DNA of 62,183 nt, filler included, from Sphacelaria rigidula (lineage: Eukaryota): assembly GCA_964200075.2 (NCBI GenBank). It is 11 parts of 11 records of this genome, joined end to end, with 100 filler letters (N's around TTAATTAATTAA, not from the genome) between each part and the next. Parts side by side here need not be neighbours in the genome. Positions count along the whole stretch, not along the records: positions 1 to 5,563 come from CAXNAA020026306.1; positions 5,664 to 11,225 come from CAXNAA020026307.1; positions 11,326 to 16,887 come from CAXNAA020026308.1; 8 more parts are not named here. The stretch is one strand, 5' to 3'. Each line of letters opens with the position of its first letter. Positions within the stretch are counted from its first letter, which is position 1. Positions 1-12,836 of this stretch are shown here, piece by piece. The notes below the pieces were generated by a model. It was not told the origin of the DNA and did not search any database. It saw only the letters and a program-made list of their open reading frames with translations. Made by a program: the position numbers and the translations under genes.

Positions 1-169
1 GGTTGCGGGACTTCCGGGGACCCCTGCGCGGGGCGTTGGTTGTTAAAATTACGAACGGTTGTCGGTTTTTTTTTTTGCTGTTGGATTTTTTTGTTTTGAG
101 GCATTTGATACGACACAGTTTTTGGGCCCCCAAACACGGCATATCGCTTTCACATAAACGTATACACCT

Positions 170-335
170 TCAAATAAAGGCAAACACCGCAGAAGGAAGG
201 TGGGGTGCCAATAACAAATAAAAAAAGTAAAAGCTCCTGTGTTGACCTTCCTCCTGTGTGACCCCGGCTGCTGCGCCCACATAGACCGAAAGGTGTAGAC
301 CCGCGTCCAGAATAGATGGGACGACGACACACACA
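170..335 (-). repeat. Dispersed SINE-like repeat, copy 1
   Basis: Reverse complement matches the copy starting at 4102 (gtgtgtg..tcgtcccat.tattctggacgc..cagccggggtcacacaggaggaaggtcaacacagga..cc.tccttctgcg). Confidence 0.8.
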
Positions 336-1504
336 CCTTCATACTCGAACGGTCAGCGTGCTTCATTGAGCATACGTGCGCTCTCAGCGCTCTAGAGCTG
401 TTTTTCTGCGATTTCTCCGCAGCTCGGCCTCGTTTCGCCGCGAGGCTTGCGCGCAGCAATAGCCCTCATTCGCGAGGGCCTTACCCATGTGCGGATCGCC
501 CTCGCCGCGGTCGTCGCGCAGCGCTGGCGAGGTGGCAACGTGGCGTCTCCGCGGTCTCCCACGCGTGCCCCAATCACAGCCCTGTTTCTTTACAACTACC
601 AGTCTGTTGGGGTCCTCCTACAACAGTCCCGCGGTCACGCTATTTTTTCTTGTCTCTTTCTGGTTCTCGACCGTCATGACTACCACGTAACAGCGTGTAT
701 ACGGTTACACCTGGTTTAGTGTCACTTTTTTTACCACCCCCACTAAAAACAGTACACGGTGACCGCAGTAGACTCGATGAAGCATGAACCCACAGTCATG
801 CAGGGCTTCAATTATAGTACATGCCCATGGCTACCTCCTCCAATAGCTCCGGCTCAAGTATATCCATCGCAACGCACAACTGACGATCGATATTATTTCC
901 CACCAGCTACTACTGACTGACGTAGCAAAAGGCAGGTACTACCTATGCACAAACGCAATGGTCAATTTCCATTCTGGAAACCAAAAACACGATCGCGCGA
1001 TTTCCCTGCTGTACTGCATATGTTTCGAATGTACTATCTTTTTCACACGCGAGCAGGACGTATTATTGAATAGGAGCTATCGTTCAAGCCCAAGAATTGT
1101 GTGCTGTCTGTTTGGCTGCTTGTTATTTCGTCTTCACCCTTGCTTTTTTTCCACCTGCAGAAACGTTGTGTATCGCACTGAAACTTGGTGCGTGTATTAT
1201 GCAGTGTTGATAATCGAGTATTGAAATATCAAGTATCGATCGCGATTTTCGGCCATTCTCAGCATCGGAATCACGAGCTGGTAAGCCGATACTTTCGACA
1301 CGCAAATTGGCTCTCTCGGAGCTTTCCCCGAGGCTTTCCTTGCAAAAATGACCCTTCAAGAACAGCAAAAAAGGCCCTGAAAACCGCCAAACTGATTTTT
1401 GGCGAAGTGTTTCTGGGCGACTGAAAAAATCCAAAATCCGGCCAAGAGTAAAACCGGCCGTACGAAAGATCGGACAAGCGCGCTGGAATCCTCGTGAAAA
1501 ATAT

Positions 1505-1610
1505 AGCAAGTCTTTCCGTGGAGGCCCAATCCGCCAAGGCCAGTATTCCGCCAATAATCCGTGATGAATGGTTGAAAAGGACAGTTCTCAAAGAGATTTT
1601 TTTTCGGTCT
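1505..1610. repeat. Dispersed repeat, inverted copy at ~4592-4700
   Basis: tctttccgtggaggcccaatccgccaaggccagtattccgccaataatccgtgatgaa is the approximate reverse complement of ttcatcacggattattggcggaacacgggccttggcggatttggcctcctcggaaaga. Confidence 0.7.
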
Positions 1611-2994
1611 GTAAGAAGTGGCCTAAAATGACAAAGAAGCGTCTTCCGACACTCTTTACGAGCTGGGCCAGCTGATGGTGATTTTTTAACGAAGAGGGGA
1701 GATGCCATTGGTGATTCGAAGAGTTGGGCGCTAATATTTTGATCCGACATTTTTATCATCAACCCGCGCAACCCTCTGAGTGGTGCAGAGGGAGAGAGAG
1801 AGAAAAAAAAAGGAAGATAAGGCGAGTTGAAGTTTCAGCAAAAAAAGGGAAAATGCTATAAAGAACTTCCTTGTAAATTGATGACAACGACGACAACGCT
1901 CCAACACATACGGGCACTCGCGTCAACGACATCCTGGTGAAGTTTCGGCCAAAAAAAAAATATCAAAGTGGGCTTTGCGCCGCACTTTTCGTGTGACGCG
2001 GCCGCACCCGTTTAATCCAAGTGATGCAAAAGACTCCAGTTCTGGAGGTCCTGAGTTCGAATCCCCGCATATTATCTCTTTTCTTTTCGTCCGTCATCAA
2101 GGTCATGAATGATGCAGTACATTTTTTTCTTTTTCTTTTATTCATTCAGCGGCGGTGCCGTGTGTTATCAGGTTGGTCTGAAGTTCATAGTGATATGCTC
2201 AAGTCGCGCTGATTCCGGAAACTTGAGAGATTGTGGTGTGGAAAGCGAATGCGGAATTTATTGCTGGCCCAGCTCGTGTTATCCCTTATTTTTTCCACCC
2301 CCTTCATTGAGTTAGCTTGCTGTCTGTGTTTGGTTTTATCCCCATACCATCCTGTACGTTTATGTATATATTTCAGTATTATTCCGCTGATACATGTTTT
2401 TTGTTGTTGTTCGCGCCTTCTTTTTTTTTTTCCTGTTCTTTGTTTTTTGAGCAGCTGCAAGGGGGGTTCCTCGTCCAACGACCCTTTCGTTGGACGAGTT
2501 GGCGCGCTGTCCCTTATGCTGACGTCGGTCATCGTTGCCGTGATTGGTCAGTATTGGCTGTTCGAATACCTCGATGTCCTCGACGCATGGACAGAAGGGT
2601 GAGCGCTGCTTACAGTACAGCACAGTACAGTGTATCGCAGACACACATGTTAACCTTGAGTACATTATCATTTCTGTGCTTTGATCTTGTTGACTTTTTT
2701 TTTTTTTTTCACACGTCTCAGCCTACGATGTTGTTTTGTTCGAATTTTTTTCTGTTCCTTCTTTTCTTCAGCAAGAGTTTTAGTTTTTTTTTCCTTGGGT
2801 ACCTCTGTCATGTGACCACGGCTGGATCATGACCCCTGGGGGGTCAGTTAAAGTACGACAATCAATCAATCAATTCAAACATCTGCCTCTCAGAAGAAGC
2901 GACTCAGGAAGCGCTTCTATCTCATGTAGGGAATAGTAACAGCAGTGACAGTACTGGACTGGCGAGCCTACGCCCTCCCCCCTCATCCTCATCC

Positions 2995-3301
2995 TTCATG
3001 CGACTCGCCGAGCGCAACACAGCGCTTCGCGCTTGATGGTTGAGTGCGAGCCTGGTCCGGCGAAAACCGGGCGTGCTTCATCCCGGTTTGTAGAGATGCG
3101 AGGTCATTGGTCCCATGACTACGGCATTCATGATCATGAGTACCCCCCCCCCCCCCCCCCCCCCGCCCCGCCGCGCCCGCCCGGCCCCATTGCGAGCCTG
3201 GTCGAGCGAAAACTCGTTGTGCCACGTCCCGGCTTGGTAGGAATGCGAAGTCAATGGCCTCATTAGTACGGCATGCAAGATCATGAGTGCATTCCCGCCC
3301 C
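2995..3301 (+). mobile_element. Two tandem 3'-end fragments of retroposon family B
   Basis: gcgagcctggtccggcgaaaacc..gaggtca.tgg..atgactacggcat..gatcatgagtac followed by poly(C). The second copy starts inside the C-tail of the first. Confidence 0.8.
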
Positions 3302-3342
3302 ATAGCAGCAGTACCTTATGTGGACCATATTTGTCGATTACT

Positions 3343-3386
<44 letters not shown>

Positions 3387-3895
3387 ATTTTTTCGTCTTT
3401 GCTGTTATTGCTCTCTTCGCTTTTCTGTCCTCCCTGCCCCCCTGAAGGTGTGATAATCCGGACTCGACGGAAGAATATCAGAACGTGTGTATAGGCAATA
3501 CGGCGGTGTACAGGGTCAGCTTCGTTGACGCGGTGAGCAAGCAGTGACAGAAAAAAGAAGGAAAAAAAAAAGAAAAAGGCAAACAAAAGCATACCCCATT
3601 TTGAAGAAAAACTTGACCCTTGTATTTTGTGTGCGTGTGTACCTACGTCTTGTATTTTGGGAAATTTCAATCGTGTTGCTTGTGTTTTGTCGTCCCATCT
3701 ACTCTGTACGCCCTTCTGCCGGAATCACACACAAGGACACGGACTTCTTTTTTTTTCGGTTTTCGTTTTTACATGAGGAAGTCGTATCGCTAGGGTAGAC
3801 AGGGACGTACGGGCAAGACTGTCGTCGGAGATTTCGTCCTGATGCCGAAGGAACTCCGAGGCTGGCGATCATTTCCTGTCGTATGCCTACATAAG

Positions 3896-4099
3896 CAAGG
3901 GCAGGTCGAGTAGAGTATACTCAATTGCGGGGTATTTTGAAAGACGTATTCGGGGTACTCAAATTAGGGTAGAGTGCTGGGAGTCGTACTCGAAAAATAA
4001 CTGGAAATCGATTCCTAAAACCCTACACTCAAGTGTGTACTTCAAGTACCACTTTTAAAATTCACCGCAATTGAGTATACTCTACTCGACCTGCCCTTG
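3896..4099. mobile_element. MITE, hAT-like (TIR CAAGGGCAGGTCGAGTAGAGTATACTCAATTGCGG)
   Basis: Perfect 35-bp terminal inverted repeat. Same family as 24707-24915, which has an 8-bp TSD. Confidence 0.85.
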
Positions 4100-4101
4100 G
4101 T

Positions 4102-4275
4102 GTGGTGTGTGTGTGTGTGATGTCGTCCCATTTATTCTGGACGCCAGTCTTCACCTTTCGATATATGTGGGCGCACCAGCCGGGGTCACACAGGAGGAAG
4201 GTCAACACAGGATTTTTTTTTTCTTCTGAGTACCCCCACTTTCCTTCTGCGATTCTTGCCTTATTATTTTTTATC
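4102..4275 (+). repeat. Dispersed SINE-like repeat, copy 2
   Basis: Homologous to 170-335 in the opposite orientation. Starts in a GT run directly after the MITE at 3896-4099. Confidence 0.8.
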
Positions 4276-4950
4276 GCAAGAGGGGTTCAGCAGTCCCTTT
4301 CCCTCGTCGACCGTTAAGTCCAATTTTGTGTACCCACGACATATTTTATGTAGGCAAAAAGTGGGTCAGACTTGATGTGATCACCGTGGGGTGACCAGTT
4401 CCTGGGGTCATGCAGGGTCATCCTGAGATAAGGCTCTTCCTGGCATCACCCCCACGTTGTCTAGTGTCGTTGCCATTACGGGGTCTCGGTAATCTGGTCC
4501 TTTCGGATCGTTCCTACCTTGTACCTGCATGCGCTGGTTCTTCACACATGTGTGGCATCAATATGTAGTATGTCAGGCCGGTTCTGTTGGACTGAAAAAA
4601 ATCTCCCTCTCTTGGGGAACTGGTCTTTAGAACCTTTCATCACGGATTATTGGCGGAACACGGGCCTTGGCGGATTTGGCCTCCTCGGAAAGATTCACGT
4701 TTCGGACGAATCATCGCCAGTTCGAATCACCGAATGCACGATTTGTTGCGATGTAAAATACGGTATTCGTATGTATGTCCGTCTGCCATTCATAAAATGG
4801 AGAAAAAAATCGTGGTACTTCTTGTTTTGGGCATTTTATTTTTATATTCTTGATATCGATCTATTTCGTCCATTTATTTATTTGTTCAATATTTTCTTCT
4901 TCTTTTTCTTTCCTTCCCTCTGGTCATTTTTTTTTCTTTCAATTTTCAGT

Positions 4951-5020
4951 CCTCCGTCTCGAAAGGGATGCGTGGTCAATGGTCAAATGACTAAGGCAAG
5001 CAACAAATGAGTACGCACCC
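4951..5020 (+). mobile_element. 3' end fragment of LINE family A
   Basis: ctccgtctcgaaagggatgcgtggtcaatggtcaaatgactaaggcaagcaacaaatgagtacg matches the end of the LINE at 17130-21269. Confidence 0.85.
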
Positions 5021-5563
5021 NNNNNNNNNNTCTTTTTATTTTTATTCCTCCGTCTCAAAAGGGTTTGTTTGTTTATTTTTATTTTTTTTTTTTAAGCAAT
5101 AAATTTTTACTCCCCCCCCCCCCCCCTTGTTTTTGCGTTTCTTTTTTACTTCTTTCCTTGCTTCCTTTTCTGCTTGAGCCCGCCTGAGGAAAACTATATC
5201 TACAACATATGCATTGGTGAAAGACCACATAGCAATAATATTGTATTGCTGCGTATCATGTGTTTGTATGTATACACAGACAGTGGCCTGCTTGGGCACA
5301 GCACGCGAAAGTCAGGGGAAAAGGGGACGGCACGTAATCCGAATCATTTTCCTCGATAAATGCTGACGGAATCACAATGAAATTATATACTTCGAAGTAC
5401 ATGACTTGTGCTAGACGGATGAAGCCCATGATTTGCACACCAGATTTTGATCAGGAAGCGAAGAGTTTACCCATAGAACCAGTGACGGCTCACTGGTTCT
5501 ATGGGTGAACTGCTCGCTTCCTGAACAAATCCCCCCCCCCCCCCCCTCTGAGACACCCATAAG

Positions 5564-5663
5564 NNNNNNNNNNNNNNNNNNNNNNNNNNNNNNNNNNNNN
5601 NNNNNNNTTAATTAATTAANNNNNNNNNNNNNNNNNNNNNNNNNNNNNNNNNNNNNNNNNNNN
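5564..5663. other. Artificial scaffold linker N44-TTAATTAATTAA-N44 (first of 10)
   Basis: Identical linkers at 5564, 11226, 16888, 22550, 28212, 33874, 39536, 45198, 50860 and 56522, exactly 5662 bp apart. TTAATTAATTAA gives stops in all six frames. Confidence 0.98.
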
Positions 5664-7970
5664 GGGTCCATATGAAAGTAATTTGTCTTGAATTCAGGTC
5701 AGGGAAAGCGCGGCTTTTGAGTTGAACCTCATTTGTTTTTTCAACCCCATTTTCGAGAATCGGCTGTTACTTCTTCTAGGTAGGGATGCGGTAATTCTGA
5801 TTGTGAACTTGAGTTTTAGCGCATTTGGCGCTGTTCATGACAGCAAACTAGGAAATATCATCACCTCAGCCCTTCTTGACAGCAAACATGTCTCCGGCGC
5901 TATGCATCACCTCAGCCCACTTTTCCGATTCGCTAGGCCGCCCCTAGATCTCGCAAACAGACAATTAATTGCCAAAAATCGAATTGGAAATCGCAAGTGT
6001 GGCCTGTGTTAATCATTGCAAAATTGCCACATCGTCCTCACATTCTCCCATGCCGGTTTGCGAAACCTAGAAGCCTGGCGAATGAATTCAAAAAGTGAGC
6101 TAGGCTCTCCTCGGTGGAACCAATTCGTAGTTGTTCAAGATATTATTGTATGTGGTGGTGGCGATGTTTCCCCTTTTGATGTGAAAAACGGCGTCAAATA
6201 TCCCAAAGCTTAGATATCCAACCAAATATTTCCACATCCCTACTGTATACAGAGACTATCATACCTCCATCAACCATTGTGGGGAAGCTTGTCGACTGTT
6301 GTGTACACCGAGTGGGCGCGTCCACCCACGTGATACTTGCATATACTACGCGTCGCTGCTGTCGTTCGTGAATGAATGTAGCGGATTCCTATTTGCTACA
6401 CACATGTGTTTGCTGTCTGTTCCGTACTGGTTCACACCCACAGTACTGGAGGCTGGCTACCGTTGTGTGCTGTTGCTTTGTCGTACTTACCATGAGTGCT
6501 GCCTGCACTGTTGTGCTGCGTGCAGATGATGATGTACTTGGTACATGACGCGATGTCTGGACGGCTAGGTGCTGCAACCTTGACGAGAGGCGATGTTGAC
6601 AAACCTCGTTTCCGACATTCTTTCATCTCTGCGTGTAAACACTTTGCTCTTCTCGACCAGCGATGAAGCTCGATGACAATTTGGCACGATTTATGTAGAG
6701 TGTGTCCTGTGTTGCTCGACCAGATTGGCGGGAAAAGCACCCATAATATGCGGAAAACTCGCAATTCCGGAGAACTCTTGTTCGGGAAGAGGGCCTATAG
6801 GAAAAAATCGAAGAAAAACTCACAGGCAAATACGCCGGAACCTTCTCTTCAGACTGGCATTATTGGACTAGACGAAGTCGTCTCGTTCAGCCTCACATTT
6901 GACGACACGGGACTCCGAAGGCTCGAAATGTAATGCTCGGCATCTGCCTTAGATCACGCGGTGGGGAGTACTCCACCTGGCTCGTCCGCGAAATAATACT
7001 ACTACAGTATTTCCCGAAGCTCGTGACGTAAAGTTTCGAGTGGAAATGTCGGACTTTGAACCTCACCGATGAATAAGATTTGAAGCCATCGCATAGATCA
7101 CCGGGCCCACAGGGTATAACTGCTGCCTCAAATCGGAATGGAAGTCTCGAATGCATCACGAAATGTGCCTTTCGACTTTCGACCAATCTCATTTCACCGC
7201 TAGCCGCTAGACTTCAACATTTGACGGTTACAACTTATCGCCACGCTTACGGTTGTGGTCATTCAAAATAGCTCAGACTGCACTTGAAGTGAAACGCACC
7301 CCGCAAGCGGAGCATTGTTGTCTGCTGCACTGTACAAGAGTTCAACAGGAGGAGCAGTCTGGCAAACACTCTGATAGCAAGGGAGGAAGTCACCCGCCAT
7401 CGGCAATTTCTACAAGGTGAACAGGTGAGACAGGAAGAGAGAGAGCGGAAAAGGGAGAAACAGAGATGGGGTAGCTTGAGGTTCCGTCCAGCCTTCCCTT
7501 GTGTTCTGTGCGCTACACGTTGAAGCTCCATACTCCACTCAATTCCTGATTTTAAACCCCATCGCCCATCTCTGCAACAGGACACGCCGTCCTTTCTTCC
7601 CCCCTCCAACCCTTGGCCAACCTCTACTCTACCTTCGTCTTGTATATGCATCTTGTGCCTTGCTTACCTGCCTCTCAGGTTCCCAATTTTTGCGTTGACC
7701 GTTGCAATTGACTTTGAACCCCTCAAGCCCACAAAACGTCACTCGCGCGTGTCTTCCGCCGCTCAAAAAAATATCTCAACAACAATAATAAACGTCTCAG
7801 AAGTGTCTCGTGCATACACGAGAGCGCCTCTCCTGCGCTCGAGAGCTTTCGAATATTGTTTCTGATGTGCTCCTCCTTCCTTCACCCGTGCCTGCCACGC
7901 GACGCGCCCACCCATGCACTCACCCCTGCCCAATAGATTCAGTACCAGAAGTACTTAACCCAATCAAGCA

Positions 7971-9473
7971 ATGAAGAGGGCTGTCTCTTCCATGGATGCA
8001 ATGGCAGTGGCGTCTCAGCGATCCACTGCAAAACACCACTCGAACAGCGGTGCACGTCAGGGCGTCGGCGCCAGCGGGAATGGCCCCAAATTGAAGCGCT
8101 GCAAGTCTGCTTGCATAAACTTGAAAAAGCTCGCCGCCGCTAACGGCGTGGTCAGCTCACCGACGAAAGAGGATACGCCGTCGCTGTTCTTACGGCGTTG
8201 GCGTCAACACTCGAGCTCACCCGCCTTCGCGCCAGTGTCTTGGAACGACTGCGCCCCAAGTTCAACGCAGCAGCACCAACATTCCATCTCATCAATATCA
8301 GCAGTACCGAACACTGGGTTCAACAGCCACAGAAGGGCTGGCAGCGGAGTAATTTCAACTGACGGCTTCCGCGGTGGTAGCGGCGGCGGGCGAGCTGCAC
8401 GAGTGGCTGCCAGCGACGACGCCTTTACGCCGCCGCCACCGCTTCTCACTGGGCGCAACCTGTCGTTCGCGGTGGCGCTCAATAACTTTAGCCCTGTCCC
8501 GGAGGAGGTGGGGGTTACAGCCTCGCCAACGTTGGCAGGCGCATCAACGGTGGCTGTGGCGTCCGAGCTTGCGAGCGCCGTTGGAGGATTCGCTCACTCT
8601 GGGGATACAGCTGGATATCGGAGCGATGATGGTGCTGGCGGCGCTGGACGTGATGCGGAAGATTTTTTCTGTGATGTCAATTTGGATGAGGATCAGACCG
8701 CAACACCACTGCCTCCGCCGTCTCCCCTGTCACCATCAACACCCCGAGGTTATGTTGGGGCTCGACAACATCGACAGCCAACTGTGTGTAGTCTACTCGA
8801 GGCACCGCCACCGCTGACCATAGCCGCTGCTCCATGTACTAACGACAACAACACCAGTGGCAGTGGTGGCGGCAGCAGCAATGACTATACCCTCGCCTGG
8901 TCCGCCACCGCCAACCCGTCCCCGACTAACAACTCCTGTTCTCCCACCGGTTTCAGCATCGAGGCGTTCGGTGAAGTGGACATCGACGTTGACGACGACA
9001 CCAACGACAATTATCCGCTACCCGCCCCTAAAGATAGGATTTTCAGAACTGGCGGGGCCGCCGACGTCACGCCACGACGGGCCCCCATGTTTGGGCGCAT
9101 GTCTTGGACCGAAGCCAGCCCCGCAGCGGGGCGCGCAGCTTGTCAGCCGACCGCACGGCTTGTGGCGGCTAGCGACGGCGCCTGTAACAACGCTAACAGC
9201 AGCCCTGCTAATAGCTCGAACTATTCCGATGCGATGATGCGGAACAGCTACACCGGCTTGGCGCCATCCCCACGCGATCATGGTGATGACGGCGTCGAAG
9301 CGGGAAGACAGGGAGAAGTTGTTCGCCTGATGGAGACGGCGACTTCTGGTACTGCCGGCCGTGTCGGCAGAGGAGACAAGAGCGGGGAGTGTGAGCCGCA
9401 GTCGACCATGTTGATGATGCGTCTCCAGCGGAGATTCGAGGACATGATGCTCGTTTCCAGGGTTGCGACCTGA
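7971..9473 (+). CDS. Hypothetical 500-aa Ser/Ala/Gly/Pro-rich, probably disordered protein (single long exon)
   Basis: 1503-nt open frame from ATG to TGA with GC-rich coding-like composition. No domain recognised. Confidence 0.65.
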   Translation: MKRAVSSMDAMAVASQRSTAKHHSNSGARQGVGASGNGPKLKRCKSACINLKKLAAANGVVSSPTKEDTPSLFLRRWRQHSSSPAFAPVSWNDCAPSSTQQHQHSISSISAVPNTGFNSHRRAGSGVISTDGFRGGSGGGRAARVAASDDAFTPPPPLLTGRNLSFAVALNNFSPVPEEVGVTASPTLAGASTVAVASELASAVGGFAHSGDTAGYRSDDGAGGAGRDAEDFFCDVNLDEDQTATPLPPPSPLSPSTPRGYVGARQHRQPTVCSLLEAPPPLTIAAAPCTNDNNTSGSGGGSSNDYTLAWSATANPSPTNNSCSPTGFSIEAFGEVDIDVDDDTNDNYPLPAPKDRIFRTGGAADVTPRRAPMFGRMSWTEASPAAGRAACQPTARLVAASDGACNNANSSPANSSNYSDAMMRNSYTGLAPSPRDHGDDGVEAGRQGEVVRLMETATSGTAGRVGRGDKSGECEPQSTMLMMRLQRRFEDMMLVSRVAT

Positions 9474-10206
9474 GAAACGGTTTCGTTCTGCTGCCTTGGT
9501 TGACCCAGGAACGGGCACGGCCATCCGGGAAAATGTATGTACTTGGAAAATAAGAAGCAAGCTGTGCATAAACAGAAGATTTGTGGTACTGTAGAGAGAG
9601 AAGACAGTAGTCGTAGCCGGAAACAAGTTTTTTATTATTATTGCTGAGGATGATGATGAAGGGAACTTCTAAACTTTTGGTTTGGCCCAGTGTGTGTTGT
9701 GTGTGGTGTGTGTAGTGTTTCGTGTGCTCTATTCTCTTTTCGGTCGACGGTACGTGTCGTGGAAATCACGTTGTCGAGTTTTAGGCACAACAATGTAGAA
9801 GTAGATATGCAAGTGCACCGAACGCGATTAGCGAGAAGTGGGTATACACACAGAAGCCCGTTTCCATGCCGTAACCCTTGCTGCTGTTCAATGGGATAGC
9901 GGTGCGTTCTTTGGTTGACGGGTTTCTCAGACGTGCTCATGCGTACTACTCATACGGATAATCGAAGCGGGGCCCTTTTTTTCTCTCCTTTCATAGGTTT
10001 GCAGTTGTTACGCTGACCGTACGACAATGGTATTATGGGCGATTTTTACACACAAATACGTACTGTTGTCGTACTTGAAGTTCGGGGTCTACCCAAAGCA
10101 GGATGAAGTGAGTGGTCATCAAACAGTTCGGCAGTGCCCCTCTTCGACGTATTTTCTACTTCTGCCCCACCGGCCCTACTCCCCCCCCCCCCTCCCCCCG
10201 CCCCCA

Positions 10207-10289
10207 GTGCTCCGTCTCGAACGGGATGCGTGGTCGATGGTCAAACGACTGAGGCCAGCAACAAGTGAGTACGCCCCCCCCCCCACCCC
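10207..10289 (+). mobile_element. 3' end fragment of LINE family A, with C-runs on both sides
   Basis: gtgctccgtctcgaacgggatgcgtggtc..gagtacg followed by a C-run. Preceded by a C-run at 10180-10205. Confidence 0.85.
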
Positions 10290-11325
10290 GCTATATTCGG
10301 TCTTGTGTGTGTGCGATACACATGATGCTGTATGAAACAAGGAGAGCAGCGAGTGCTCTCGTACTGCCCCACGTCCTTTGTACTACTACACACACTTAAC
10401 GGTGCAGTTGTTCCCTACTACAAAGCTCGCATGGTATAAAGTGCACAATGTACACGGTATCCAGTAGGATCGGATGTGGGCATTTACGCAGCATGGGATA
10501 GTTTGGCGGGTGTGCTTTGAGGTCTCGGCCACCGCCCTTACTTGTGTTTGCCCTCGTTTTCGGTCGAGTAGCGGTCGGTCGCACGCAGTGGTACGCAATA
10601 TATAAACTGTAGCTCTTTCACCGCCAGCATGGGTGATCTGTGGAACTGGTATCAATTTTACTTGAGAAAGTAATGCGTGACCCAGGTGACCTACGCTCAC
10701 GGAGGGGTGAAAGTACGTTGTGTCCGTGATTTTTTCGTAATTGTTTTCCGCTCATGATTACATTATTTTTTTCTTCGTCTCCTCTTGTCCTGATACCTGT
10801 ACTTTGTGTGTCGGTGGAAGGAGAGGCTGAGAAGTGAGAGCGGGTCTATGTTCGACACACGACACACTTACATTTGACGTAAAACGATAGAGTATGACAC
10901 ATAGGAATAAGTAAATAACTATAAATACACATGCAAAACAGACAGTGCAGTGCAGTCGAAGTCAACGTCAAAGTCGCGCATAGAAGTGTTTTTGTGAGCT
11001 GTGGCGGATAATGTCAAGCCGACGTGAAATGGTCCAAATGGTCCTGAGGCCTTGTGGGTTTAGTCACGCGGTACTCATCAGGAGCGTTGGCGATCAAGTG
11101 TGTGTGAGACTCGATAGAGGACCGAAGGCAGAGGCAAGCGCGGGGGGGGGGGGGGGCGGGGAGGGTGGATGCGCCGGAGACCGGAAAAAATGTTCTTGTG
11201 GCCTCAACCCGCTACATAGCCTTGGNNNNNNNNNNNNNNNNNNNNNNNNNNNNNNNNNNNNNNNNNNNNTTAATTAATTAANNNNNNNNNNNNNNNNNNN
11301 NNNNNNNNNNNNNNNNNNNNNNNNN

Positions 11326-11960
11326 ATAGAGACACCTCCAACATTCTGGCGCTCACTACGTTTCTTCACAAGCTCATTACGTTCCTTCCATATATTACAC
11401 AAGAATATTTTACATATTTTATCCCCGTCCGGGGGGGGGGGGTACTTGTGGTCTTGCATGCCCTAGTCATGAGGCCATTGACCTCCTAATCCCTGCAAAG
11501 TCGGGACAGAGCACGCCGGGCTTTCACCAGACCAGGCTGGCGATCACCAGGCGCGAAGCGCCGTGATGTGTTCAGCGAGTCGCACGAGGGGTGACCTGCA
11601 TCCTGCTAAGATAGTTCGACCCGAAGCATACTCATATTATTGCACATGAATGGTAGCCTCGAATGAGTTGCTCCATTTTCTGGTATCACCACTTCCAGGA
11701 CAAGCCACGGCGTACAAACTGCCTCGTGAGAAGCATACCATGTAAACACTACGTGGTGCGATCACCCCCTTTGCGCGGAGTTGAAGCTCTCCCACCCCCC
11801 GCACAAGATAATTCAACTCGGCCACCATCATGGTTACCGCAAAAAAAAAGACGAAGGCGAGATAAAAATGGCCGCTTGGTTGCCTAGCGTACGCAGCGAG
11901 TGGCGTGTTTCACAGTGTCGTTGCCAACCGATGCCAAGTCTCAAAGGGGAGGGGACATTC
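11326..11960 (-). mobile_element. Family B fragment (11431-~11960) abutting a family A 3' region (11326-11430)
   Basis: Matches 21360-21874 (family B) and the GDKICK..NVGGVSI region of family A. A G-run lies at the junction. Confidence 0.75.
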
Positions 11961-12836
11961 CTCTCCCACAACGTCTTCCGTACCTTGTAAGGGGTGCCGT
12001 ACCACCGCTCCTTCCGCCAGCCCCCGACCCCGGCTGCGGCGTGCTTGTCGGCTTCCCCTTCGTCTTGTTTCGACATCATCAAAATCTGAGGTGAACATGT
12101 AGCATGGCAGCATGGCGAACAGCACGGGTTGCTTCGAGGTGAGAATTGGTCCGACGGTTTGCGATCGTTCGACAGTTCGAGGAATCGACACATCGGTAGA
12201 GGGGGGCGCGCGCGCGGAGGGGGGGGGGGGGGGGGGGGAACAACCTATGAAGTAGTTCCGTGGATGAACAAGACCCATTGCACGTGCTGTAGCATCCCAG
12301 ACTTTGCACGTACACATACACATATACACAACATTCACTTTTGCACCGCCACTATTGCGGCTGCGGCCACGTGCAATACTCCAACACGTGTTGAACATAA
12401 CTACGGTGCTAAACGACAAAAACACGCGCAACACCACGAATAGTCCAAATCTTACGAAACAAAACAAAACAAAAACAAAAACAAAAACAAAAACAAAAAC
12501 AGAAAAAATAAACGAAGAAAATCATACGGACGAAACAGACTGGACTACAATAAAAAATACAAACGGGAGGATCCGAAACCTTCGCCGAGAAACTGCGGCT
12601 GCACGCAGTAGGCTAAGCGAACTACCGCCAAAAACGTGACCGGCACCTGACAGTTTCGTGGAGTCAAGCGTTCCAGCATATCCGTAATCGCGTCTGGGTT
12701 CCACTCCGGTATGGTGTAGGCGTCACTGAGGACCTGTCCAATGACGTACCAGCAAAAACAAAATTTGTGTCGCTACGATCAATGATTAGGAAACATGTCG
12801 ATGGTTGAACCACTGTCACTGACGCCATCATACACG

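Noticed and set aside
2003..2068. Possible tRNA gene (GTTCGAATCC)
   Set aside because: No convincing acceptor or D stems. At best a degenerate SINE head.
6432..7192. Possible minus-strand exons upstream of the 500-aa ORF
   Set aside because: One good donor site, but no consistent exon chain or recognisable protein.
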